DNA from: a virus
Taxonomy: Duplodnaviria > Caudoviricetes
Strand: one strand, 5' to 3'
Virus record (IMG/VR): IMGVR_UViG_3300028887_000083
Coordinates: 1 to 64,000 of that record
DNA: 64,000 bases
Position numbers and translations under genes: made by a program. This document shows positions 28,366 to 37,314 of the stretch, piece after piece. Under the pieces are notes generated by a model that was not told the origin of the DNA, made no database searches, and saw only the letters and a program-made list of their open reading frames with translations. Each line of letters begins with the position of its first letter. Within the stretch, counting starts at the first letter, position 1.

Positions 28366-31300
28366 ATGGCAAAAATAGATGATGAAATATCAGAATTAAA
28401 AGATGCAATAAAAGGTCTTGATAGGTCACTTAATTCTTTTAACAAAGGTTTTAAGGATAATGTTAAAGATTGGCTTACTGGCGGTAAAACCAGTGAATAC
28501 CAAAAGAAATTGGGTGAACAACAAGATTTATTGGATAAGGTAAAGGAATACGAAGAAAAAATAAAAAACACAAAAGAAGGAAGTAGTAAAAATAAAAAAT
28601 ACAAAGCCCAACAAGCAAAAGCGAAAAAAGAAGCTGAACTTGCAGGTAAGGAAGCCACCCAATTAAAGAAAGCAGGAAACGCTGCTGCAGCAGCAAAAAT
28701 AGCGGGCATGGCTACTGATATTGCTAAAAAAGGTGCTGATTTATGGCTTAAAATGAAGGAACTTGATATAAAGGAACAACAAATCAAGTTATCAGCCGCT
28801 ACAAAAATAGTTTCAATGCAAACCGCAATGTATGGAAAAGCGGTTAGTAATGGAATAAAATCAGGTACAGGAACAATTACATCAAGTATAAAAGAAAATG
28901 TTTACACAAGTATGGATAATGTTCTTGAAATTGGTAAACAGTCTTTAATCAATTCAGTGGAAATTTCAAAAATAAATTTTGATAAAACTGCTGATTTATC
29001 AATAAATCAGATAAATAAAAGCGTGGCTGTGGTAGATGCGGCTGCAGGGGCAGTATCAGGGGCTTTAAGTTCAATACCTAACCCATATACAGCAATAGCA
29101 GGTGGATTAATTTCTATAGGGCAAGCAATTTTTGATGCAAAAAAACAAAAAGAAATTATGCAGCTTGAGTATGCTAAGGAAGTAATAGGTATGGAAAAAG
29201 ACCTTGAAAAACAATTTATGGAAACAGTTCATGAATTGGTATCAGGTTTTACGGCGATGATTAAAAAAATTGATGACAATTTAATGAATTTGGATAATCA
29301 GTCACATTTTATTGCCAGAAATTTTGGGTTTTATGGTAATAGTCTTGAACAATATACAAAGGCAGCGGCAGATATAAATGTACAGATGGCCGGTATTGGT
29401 AAAACATATGAACAATTTAAACAATCACAAGAGAATTATATTAAAGAGTCGGGACGTAATGTTTTAATGAATGGAAACGAAGGGTTAATGACTTCATCAC
29501 TTGATATGTTGTTTGGACTTGGGGATGGTGAAGCAAGTCAATTAATGGGGGCAATGAATGTTTTTAATACATCCATAGAAAGTGGGTCGGATATAATGTT
29601 TGAAATGTATAAAACCGCCAATAAGATGGGTGTGTCAAATCAGAAATTTGCAAAGGATATGCAGAAGAACCTTAAACTCGCCGAAAAATATCAATTTAAA
29701 GGTGGGGTTAAAGGTATGATGGATATGGCACTTTGGGCACAGAAGACGAGATTTAATATGGATAGTCTTAGTGGTATGTTGGATAAGATGCATACGGGTA
29801 ATATTGAGGATGTTCTTCAGACAAGTGCTAAGTTAAACGTACTCGGTGGTGCCGCAGGAATGCTATCAGACCCGATGTCAATGCTATATAATGCTTATAT
29901 GAATCCTGCTGAATATGCTAAAAACATAAATAAAATGATAGCGGGATATGGTTCTTTTAATAAAGAAACGGGTGAAACCACATTTAACATAGCAGAACAA
30001 ATGAGAATAGAGGCAATTGCATCGGCTACGGGAACGTCAAAAGAGGATTTAATGAATCAGGCGAGACAGGCAAATAAAGAAAAGGTTTTAAAGCAAAAGT
30101 TTGGCAATCGTTTTAGTGGGGAAAAAATGGATTTATTAACGCAACATGCTACTTATGACCAAAAAAATAAAAAGTGGGTTATAAATGTGATGGGTAATGA
30201 CGGAAAAGTGACACAAAGAAATGTAGAAGATTTAAGAGAAAATAGTGAAGAGTTTGAAAATATTTTTCCGAAAGACACACAGGAACAACTTGTAGATGTT
30301 GCAAAACGAATACTTTCTTTAAAAGAAAGAGAGGTTGCAATAGACGAAGGAAACCGAGCAGAACTTATGAGGGCAACTCAAGGTAAACAGAAAGAGGAAA
30401 CCTTGAGGCAACAAATGATAACACAAGGATATAATGAAAGAAATTTTGGTGATAATACTAAAATTTTGGAAGGTGGGTATGAACAAGCAACAGAATCATT
30501 AAGATTAAATTTAAACACATCTGAACAAGTAATTAAAAACCAAGAATTAATTCAAGGGTATTATGAAATGAGTAATCAGACGATGCAATTAATGGGTAAT
30601 AATGTTGAAAAATATACAGCAGCATTAAATGCAACATTGAATGGCAACCAAATAGATTTTTTAAATGTATTGGGAGGTATTCCTGGTATGGGAGATAATG
30701 TAGCACAAATTAAAGATGCTTTATTTAAAGTGGCAGGTATACAAGGAACTCGTGAACAAAAAGCAGGACAAGCAAAAGCAATGGTTGGACAAAAACGTGA
30801 CGACGCTTTTTATAAAAAACTTTCTGAATTATATGATGTGGATAATGATATGTTCAGTACAAATTGGGGTACAATCAAACATCATATGGAAAAAGGTGAA
30901 TGGGATTTAAATGAGAACGGTGTGTTAATTGATACAAAAACAGGTCTTCCTTTATATTTGAACAATGTATCTAAAGAGGAAAATGCTATAGATTATGCAA
31001 GAAACTTAAATACATTTGGGCATACTATGGCGAGAGCTGGAATAATGGGTGCCGGTATATATACAGCAATACAAACCGGTGGTGCCGCAGCACCGGCTGC
31101 TATTGCTGCTAGTGTTGCGGGTAGAGCAGCATATAATAAAAGTATGGCAGTACATAAAGCCAATGACCTCATCATTTCCCCACGAAACGGGGGTATGTTT
31201 GAAACTGACCCCGAAGACACAATTATGGCATTCAAACCTGGTGGGTCATTAGAGAAGAGTGCACAGAAAAACGGTGGTACAGAAAACATCAACCTAACAG

Positions 31301-31470
31301 TTAATGGAACCTTAACATTATCAACGGGTAATCAGAAGATAGACCTTATGGAATTGGTAAGAAATGACCCTGATGCTTTAAGAAGTCTTACTGAAAAGAT
31401 ACTTCTTGAAGCAAGTTCAAACAAGTATGGCGGAAGACACACCTTCAATGCAAGTAGGTACACAATATAA
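28366..31470 (+). CDS. Tape measure protein
   Basis: 1034 aa helical, Ala/Lys/Gln-rich; follows the chaperone genes; YQFKGGVKGMMDMA motif. Confidence 0.8.
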   Translation: MAKIDDEISELKDAIKGLDRSLNSFNKGFKDNVKDWLTGGKTSEYQKKLGEQQDLLDKVKEYEEKIKNTKEGSSKNKKYKAQQAKAKKEAELAGKEATQLKKAGNAAAAAKIAGMATDIAKKGADLWLKMKELDIKEQQIKLSAATKIVSMQTAMYGKAVSNGIKSGTGTITSSIKENVYTSMDNVLEIGKQSLINSVEISKINFDKTADLSINQINKSVAVVDAAAGAVSGALSSIPNPYTAIAGGLISIGQAIFDAKKQKEIMQLEYAKEVIGMEKDLEKQFMETVHELVSGFTAMIKKIDDNLMNLDNQSHFIARNFGFYGNSLEQYTKAAADINVQMAGIGKTYEQFKQSQENYIKESGRNVLMNGNEGLMTSSLDMLFGLGDGEASQLMGAMNVFNTSIESGSDIMFEMYKTANKMGVSNQKFAKDMQKNLKLAEKYQFKGGVKGMMDMALWAQKTRFNMDSLSGMLDKMHTGNIEDVLQTSAKLNVLGGAAGMLSDPMSMLYNAYMNPAEYAKNINKMIAGYGSFNKETGETTFNIAEQMRIEAIASATGTSKEDLMNQARQANKEKVLKQKFGNRFSGEKMDLLTQHATYDQKNKKWVINVMGNDGKVTQRNVEDLRENSEEFENIFPKDTQEQLVDVAKRILSLKEREVAIDEGNRAELMRATQGKQKEETLRQQMITQGYNERNFGDNTKILEGGYEQATESLRLNLNTSEQVIKNQELIQGYYEMSNQTMQLMGNNVEKYTAALNATLNGNQIDFLNVLGGIPGMGDNVAQIKDALFKVAGIQGTREQKAGQAKAMVGQKRDDAFYKKLSELYDVDNDMFSTNWGTIKHHMEKGEWDLNENGVLIDTKTGLPLYLNNVSKEENAIDYARNLNTFGHTMARAGIMGAGIYTAIQTGGAAAPAAIAASVAGRAAYNKSMAVHKANDLIISPRNGGMFETDPEDTIMAFKPGGSLEKSAQKNGGTENINLTVNGTLTLSTGNQKIDLMELVRNDPDALRSLTEKILLEASSNKYGGRHTFNASRYTI

Positions 31471-31485
31471 TCATATAAACAATGG

Positions 31486-32028
31486 ATGGTTGTGAAACAG
31501 ACAATAAGGTTAACAGAAAACGAGTTGAAATATATTGTAAAGCGTGTTCTACATGAAATAGCGGATTCCAATTTTAACGTTGGGCCTGTTTTTCATTGCG
31601 GAAGCCCCGTTTCCGAAGAGGAATTCAGGGATGTGATATGGTTTAGCAACAAACCGTTGACCGATTTCGGTGAACCTCATGAGTATATGCTAAGGATGAA
31701 TAACCCCTTGGTTGTGCCGCCATGTTTCACTACGTGGACAGAAAAACTATGGGGCTATTGTTGTGATGAGGATGGAACCCCAAACAAAGACATAAACGAC
31801 CCTCAGTTAACAGAGATATTGCCACCAATTATATGGGATATGGTACAGAAATCTGATGAGGAATTGGAGATAGGTGATGCCCCATATATTCTTGCTGATT
31901 TAAAAAAAGAAGGTAAAGTCAATTATGACGGAATGATTATAAAGAATATAGGTGAAACATGTTCAGGTTGGGTTGATGTTGACGATTATATTGTTTTTTC
32001 ACCACAGCAGGTAAAAATGATAAGGTAA
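31486..32028 (+). CDS. ADP-ribosyltransferase-like (ART-PolyVal-type) protein with conserved leader
   Basis: Leader TIRLTENELKYIVKRVLHE; VFHCG...IWFS...YMLRMNNPL...YDGMIIKNI...DDYIVFSPQQVK. Confidence 0.7.
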   Translation: MVVKQTIRLTENELKYIVKRVLHEIADSNFNVGPVFHCGSPVSEEEFRDVIWFSNKPLTDFGEPHEYMLRMNNPLVVPPCFTTWTEKLWGYCCDEDGTPNKDINDPQLTEILPPIIWDMVQKSDEELEIGDAPYILADLKKEGKVNYDGMIIKNIGETCSGWVDVDDYIVFSPQQVKMIR

Positions 32029-32058
32029 ATACTTATATTAAAGGTATAATAGCGTAAT

Positions 32059-35000
32059 ATGGCAAAGGTTGAACAGATAGTAAACAATGTGACAGGTGCG
32101 ATGGAGAATATAAACAGCACCTTCAACAGTATAGCCAACTATACAATGAAGGGCAGTGACGACAGGCAGCATGGACTGATGGGTCTTATCATGGGTCCTG
32201 TCTACAGTCTGTTATGGAAAGACCTGACAGTATTTGTTGACTCAATGTTAGGAATAAACATAGGTGACTACTGTGACTTCAACAAGAGGAATTACGGCTA
32301 CATGACTCGCCTGATGCTCATCAACCTTTGGGAAAAACAGACAACATTGTCAATTCTTGGCGATAACGCCATGAACTTTGGTGATGGTAACTCAATCTCA
32401 ACCCCCGCACAGAAACCTGCATATACGCAGGGAAACTACTATGGTGACTTTGTAAATGAGATACACAGTAATCCTGACGGTGTTGATTCCACAAGGGCAA
32501 CCTATGCAAGAAACGAGAAGACAAATCCGTATCGTGAGTATTACAATCTGTATCCCGATGAACTTGACAAGTTTTCAGGTGAATTAAGTGATTTAGACAA
32601 GTGGGATACCCAAAACCCCAATTCCATACTATATAAGACCAAACAACTGTTCAACCAACGTAAGATAAACACCATTATATCACGTTTCGGTACAAACGCG
32701 GATGATGACTCATCCAAATTGACATATGGTGGGCAGGTACGAACCGACTATGGTGAGTCACACGGTAGGAACCTTTTGAAGAAGGGTGCAGAGGAAAACA
32801 GGTCATCCTATACTCAAAATGGATATAACAATCCGTACTGCAGGGTATGGACACACCATCACCAATATGACAAATACAGCAAGGTGATAAGACCGTTCGT
32901 GTTTCAGGATGCAAACGGTGACCCGACAGGCAATTTTGTTGCACCGAAGGAGTTCCATAAATGGAAAGATGCTGATTGGGCAAACGGAAACAATGGGGAA
33001 TATGCGTGGAAAAACAGTGACAGCACGGGTTGGGACAAATCGGTACTTAAGGATGGCATACTGAATATTGCCCCCAAATATGTTAATGGCGGTGCATCGA
33101 ATGTGCATACGAAAGACTGTATGTTCTCAATCGAGAATCTTGCATGGAAAGACTATGACCCATATTCATTTGAACAGGCGCTTTCATGGGAACAGAGAGG
33201 ACCGATGGGTGGCAGGATAATGTGGTTTCCCCCATATGGTATTACCTTCCAAGAAACCACGACGGCTAATTGGAACAGGAACACCTTCATAGGAAGGGGT
33301 GAGGATGTATTTACCTATACCAATACTCAAAGACAAGGAACGCTTCGTTTTATCATGCTGACAGACCATCCGTCAGTGTTGGACTATGTGTCTTGGCATG
33401 AGGAAGGACAGGAAAATGTGAAAGACACTGATGTCTTGAGGTTTTTGGCGGGTTGTGATTCGGGTGACGCAAATGACGAAAACAGTATCCTGTCACACGC
33501 AAAGCCAACGCCTTTGACAGACGAATATACACAGATATGGCCGAAAGACACACGAATAATAAAGGCAGATAAGATACCTGTACCCGAAGTACCGCCACAG
33601 AGTGTTGAGGAGGTGAATTTTGCGGTATTTTATCCAAACAACTATTCAGGTATGTATGACAATAACGATGATGAATATCCTATCAAATATCTTTTGGCAG
33701 GATTAAACTCGGGACAGGATTTACAGGGTAACCGTGAGGAGATAACACTTGGAGAAGGTAACGGAAGAGGTTATGAGATGGGTGACTCAGGTATAACAGA
33801 CGAGGCAAGTGCAACGGCTGATTCCAAAACCACATATATAGTTGGAAATAAGTATGCTTGGTATCAAGGATGCAAGAAACCCTATGAAAGGGATGAGAAG
33901 AAACATTGGTTTTACAGGATTGACGGTGAATACAAGGTTCCAACTCAAAAGGGTTATTCAAAACAATCTATATATGCCAATACATATGCACAAACGTTGG
34001 TCACTAAGAGTGATTATACAGATTCAAAATCATATAAACTCAATTCATCTTTAACCAATTCCAAAGATTTATTTAAGGATGTAAAAGAGGAGACAGTATA
34101 CACATTTACCGAGGTTGTTGAGGCTATTGGAAAAGTGTGGAACTATGAAGAATATGTTAACTATACGCACCAATTCAATTCAAACTCTGAACGTGTGGAT
34201 AAACTTGCACAACTTTTTTCCGAGGCGATGGATAAAAGTGAGGATAAAAGTAAATTAAAATTAACCGATTGCACTTGCGATGGTATGTCCAATGCTCAAG
34301 GTGCAAACAGTTCTAACGAAACTAATAGAGAAAGAAATAAGATACTAGCTGAAGAGAGAGGTAAAACTATACAAAGATGGTTAAAATTATTCTTTAAAAA
34401 TGAAAAGATTTCTTTTGGAAAAAGTATTGCAGACCTTGGTCCTGAATATAAGAATAGTGGGGTCAGTGAATTAGGACCTAAACTTTATAGAAGTGCCAAG
34501 GTTAAGATGACATTCAAAAATGAGGTTCAGGAACCTGCTAAGAGTGAATACGATGACTACGTCGGCTACCATAAGACAAACGAGTTGGTGAATGGTAAAA
34601 AGGTGTATAAAGACAGTCAAGACCCGCCACAAAAATGGATTGAGATTGAGGAGGGTAAGTTCATTAAATACGACAACACTGCGGCTACAATACAGTCAAG
34701 AGTGAAAAACGGTGACTATTCATTCAATTTGACTAATGTTGATGATGGCGTAAATGACAAAGAAGGTGCATCCGAAAATAATATTTATAGATTTGACCAA
34801 GAATATCACTTCTTCAAGAAATTGGAGACTGACAAACCGTTTATATATGATAGTTTAATGAAAAAACTGCAGTATTTTGACCCTGCATTCCATTCAATGA
34901 CACCCGAGGGATTCAATGCACGTCTTACATTCCTTCACCAATGTACAAGACAGGGTGCAACTGTTGCAAACTCAGACAGAATGGGTGGTGCAGCAGGTAA

Positions 35001-35517
35001 TTTGGCATTCGGAAGACCACCGTTCTGTGTGTTGAGACTTGGAGATTTCTATAACCAAATGATTGTAATTGACAGTATATCCCTCAACTATGATGTCAGT
35101 GGAGGTATTACTTGGGATATGAACGAGGAAGGTATCGGTGTACAACCAATGATTTGTGAGGTTAATATCAATTTCACATTTATTGGCGGTAGTGATATGA
35201 CAGGTCCTGTACGCAGACTGCAAAACGCAGCGACATTCAACTATTACGCAAATGCGAGATTGTATGATAATAGGGCTGACAGGATTTCCTACGGTTACAC
35301 CAATTGGATGACAATGGGTGGTGCAGGAAATAATGAGATTGACAAGAATGCTTCTTACTATTATGGTGGTTCTATGTACAAAGACGAGGATACAAGGAGA
35401 GCCGAGAGGATTGCGGCTGCTGAAGAGAAAGTTGGGATGATGAATAAGATGAACCGTGAAATAAAGTATTGGGAAGACAAGCAGGCAGGCAAACCTACGT
35501 TTCCGTTTGTACCGTGA
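32059..35517 (+). CDS. Large baseplate/tail-tube-initiator protein with OmpA-like insert
   Basis: GRIMWFPPY...FIGRGEDVFTY and FGRPPFCVLRLGDFY...WDMN.EGIGVQPM domains; central RNKILAEERGKTIQRWL (OmpA C-like). Confidence 0.7.
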   Translation: MAKVEQIVNNVTGAMENINSTFNSIANYTMKGSDDRQHGLMGLIMGPVYSLLWKDLTVFVDSMLGINIGDYCDFNKRNYGYMTRLMLINLWEKQTTLSILGDNAMNFGDGNSISTPAQKPAYTQGNYYGDFVNEIHSNPDGVDSTRATYARNEKTNPYREYYNLYPDELDKFSGELSDLDKWDTQNPNSILYKTKQLFNQRKINTIISRFGTNADDDSSKLTYGGQVRTDYGESHGRNLLKKGAEENRSSYTQNGYNNPYCRVWTHHHQYDKYSKVIRPFVFQDANGDPTGNFVAPKEFHKWKDADWANGNNGEYAWKNSDSTGWDKSVLKDGILNIAPKYVNGGASNVHTKDCMFSIENLAWKDYDPYSFEQALSWEQRGPMGGRIMWFPPYGITFQETTTANWNRNTFIGRGEDVFTYTNTQRQGTLRFIMLTDHPSVLDYVSWHEEGQENVKDTDVLRFLAGCDSGDANDENSILSHAKPTPLTDEYTQIWPKDTRIIKADKIPVPEVPPQSVEEVNFAVFYPNNYSGMYDNNDDEYPIKYLLAGLNSGQDLQGNREEITLGEGNGRGYEMGDSGITDEASATADSKTTYIVGNKYAWYQGCKKPYERDEKKHWFYRIDGEYKVPTQKGYSKQSIYANTYAQTLVTKSDYTDSKSYKLNSSLTNSKDLFKDVKEETVYTFTEVVEAIGKVWNYEEYVNYTHQFNSNSERVDKLAQLFSEAMDKSEDKSKLKLTDCTCDGMSNAQGANSSNETNRERNKILAEERGKTIQRWLKLFFKNEKISFGKSIADLGPEYKNSGVSELGPKLYRSAKVKMTFKNEVQEPAKSEYDDYVGYHKTNELVNGKKVYKDSQDPPQKWIEIEEGKFIKYDNTAATIQSRVKNGDYSFNLTNVDDGVNDKEGASENNIYRFDQEYHFFKKLETDKPFIYDSLMKKLQYFDPAFHSMTPEGFNARLTFLHQCTRQGATVANSDRMGGAAGNLAFGRPPFCVLRLGDFYNQMIVIDSISLNYDVSGGITWDMNEEGIGVQPMICEVNINFTFIGGSDMTGPVRRLQNAATFNYYANARLYDNRADRISYGYTNWMTMGGAGNNEIDKNASYYYGGSMYKDEDTRRAERIAAAEEKVGMMNKMNREIKYWEDKQAGKPTFPFVP

Positions 35518-35552
35518 ACTGTATAACCAAAAAATAGTATATTTACCTATAT

Positions 35553-36088
35553 ATGGATACGTATGAATTCATAGTTAGGTCCAAGGCAATACACGGAGAA
35601 TGGAAAAATATCATATACAGGGTTTCAAATCTTCCACTGTTTATATTGGTTGCTTTTATAACGAAAGTATGGTAGGCGTTATGTCGTTTTTAAAAACAAA
35701 TAAAAACACCGATGAATGGGAACTGACAAGATTTGCCACAGATTATCACTATTTATGTTGTGGTATTGGGGGTAAATTATTCAATTACTTCATCAAGAAT
35801 TACAACCCTGAAGAAGTAAAGTCGTTTGCTGACAGGAGATGGACATCTGTAATTGATACAACACTCTACACAAGGCTTGGTTTTCAAGTGGACAAGATTT
35901 TACCGCCTGATTATTATTATACGAGCAATAAAGGTGATTTAATACATAAGTTCAATTTTAGAAAACAGAGAATGAACAAGAAATATGGTTACGATTTGTC
36001 ATTAACTGAAAGTGAGATGGCGCATATGACAGGGTATTACAAGATATACAATTGTGGGTTGGTTAGATATGTGTGGAGAAAATCTTAA
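35553..36088 (+). pseudogene. Internally deleted Hef-type homing endonuclease; C-terminal Mom/GNAT-like domain open from 35600
   Basis: ATG 35553 gives MDTYEFIVRSKAIHGE (start of a DUF723 repeat), joined out of frame to HIQG...WELTRFAT...SFADRRW...LGF...YNCG. Confidence 0.7.
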
Positions 36089-36107
36089 CAATTTTTAACA
36101 TTAAAAA

Positions 36108-36139
36108 TTTGGTCAAGTAAAAATTAAGTGTTACCTTTG
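36108..36139 (+). promoter_or_regulatory. Bacteroidota sigma-A-type promoter
   Basis: TTTG (36108-36111), 20-nt spacer, TACCTTTG (36132-36139). Confidence 0.75.
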
Positions 36140-36182
36140 CAAACGTAAACAAACAAATGGTAACACTTAAAATTATTGTATT

Positions 36183-36812
36183 ATGAAAAAGTTTTTTATT
36201 TTTGTCGTCGGACTTATCCTTGGATTTGTTTTCTTTGTTGCTTTCTCGAGTTGGGTTAAGGCTTTACCTGTTGATGAGGAAACAACTACAACCGAAAATG
36301 AGGTAAAACCTACAGATGAACCAACAGTAGTTGAGGAAATAGAAGTAGTGGAGGCTGTTGATTGTGAGAAGTTTGAAGATGAAGAGGAATGTTTTACCAC
36401 CAAAGAGAAAAATATCAAGTGGGTTACCGCTAAAGCTATAATAGATTCTGAAGGCAAAGTTTTTCTTAAAATAGAGGGGGAAACGGTTGAAAAAATAAAA
36501 TGTGTTGCAGTGCACTATAAACTTTATACATATAACGGAAACTATGTAAAATTGGGAAATGGAGAAAAATATAGACCAAATGAAACCGATGTGGATGATA
36601 TGGTGGGTCAATATGCTTCAGATTCTGATGGAGATATATTTTTTAATCTGAATAGTGAAGAAATACCAGCATCAAGTGTTGACAAAAATATTCTGAATAA
36701 CATAGCAGGTCTTGAGTTATCCGAAATTTATTTTGAATACCCCAACGATGAAGACTGTGAAAAATATATTCAGAAAGAATATAAAAGAAAACATCCTGTG
36801 ATATTGAAATAA
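36183..36812 (+). CDS. Membrane-anchored or secreted hypothetical protein
   Basis: MKKFFIFVVGLILGFVFFVAFSSW signal/TM segment, acidic linker, own promoter and terminator. Confidence 0.75.
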   Translation: MKKFFIFVVGLILGFVFFVAFSSWVKALPVDEETTTTENEVKPTDEPTVVEEIEVVEAVDCEKFEDEEECFTTKEKNIKWVTAKAIIDSEGKVFLKIEGETVEKIKCVAVHYKLYTYNGNYVKLGNGEKYRPNETDVDDMVGQYASDSDGDIFFNLNSEEIPASSVDKNILNNIAGLELSEIYFEYPNDEDCEKYIQKEYKRKHPVILK

Positions 36813-36832
36813 ACGTTTTTATCTATGCTTTT

Positions 36833-36862
36833 TAAACACAGTCGAAAGGCTGTGTTTTTTGT
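36833..36862 (+). terminator. Rho-independent terminator
   Basis: AAACACAGTC-GAAA-GGCTGTGTTTTT. Confidence 0.8.
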
Positions 36863-36895
36863 TTTCACAAACCCGAACCGCTATATTTATAATAT

Positions 36896-37210
36896 ATGGA
36901 ATACTACGACAGATATTCATCGTTCAGAAGCGGCGGTTATGTAGCCAAACCCTTACCGTTCCTCAAGATAAAGGAGAGGAGTACTGATATTTACATAACA
37001 TTTGACAAGGATAAGATGAGGATGGACACCCTGAGTTACAAATATTATGGTGACCCTAACTACGCATGGCTTATTCTTAATGCCAATCCAACATTGTCTC
37101 CTTACGAATACCTTATCGACGACGCCACGGTTATGAGGATACCTTATCCGTTAGACAGTGCTATAGAGAGGTATGAGGATTCAATAAAATCATATATGGC
37201 GCTTCATTGA
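36896..37210 (+). CDS. Baseplate wedge gp53/LysM-like protein
   Basis: RMDTLSYKYYGDPNYAWLILNANP...MRIPYPL. Confidence 0.85.
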   Translation: MEYYDRYSSFRSGGYVAKPLPFLKIKERSTDIYITFDKDKMRMDTLSYKYYGDPNYAWLILNANPTLSPYEYLIDDATVMRIPYPLDSAIERYEDSIKSYMALH

Positions 37211-37314
37211 AAAACAGGCAACAAAATAGTTATATTTAATAGATTAATTATAATAATTTTGTTGAAATACAATCTTAGAGGTGTTTACAACATAGATAAC
37301 ATATATTTTGAGAG

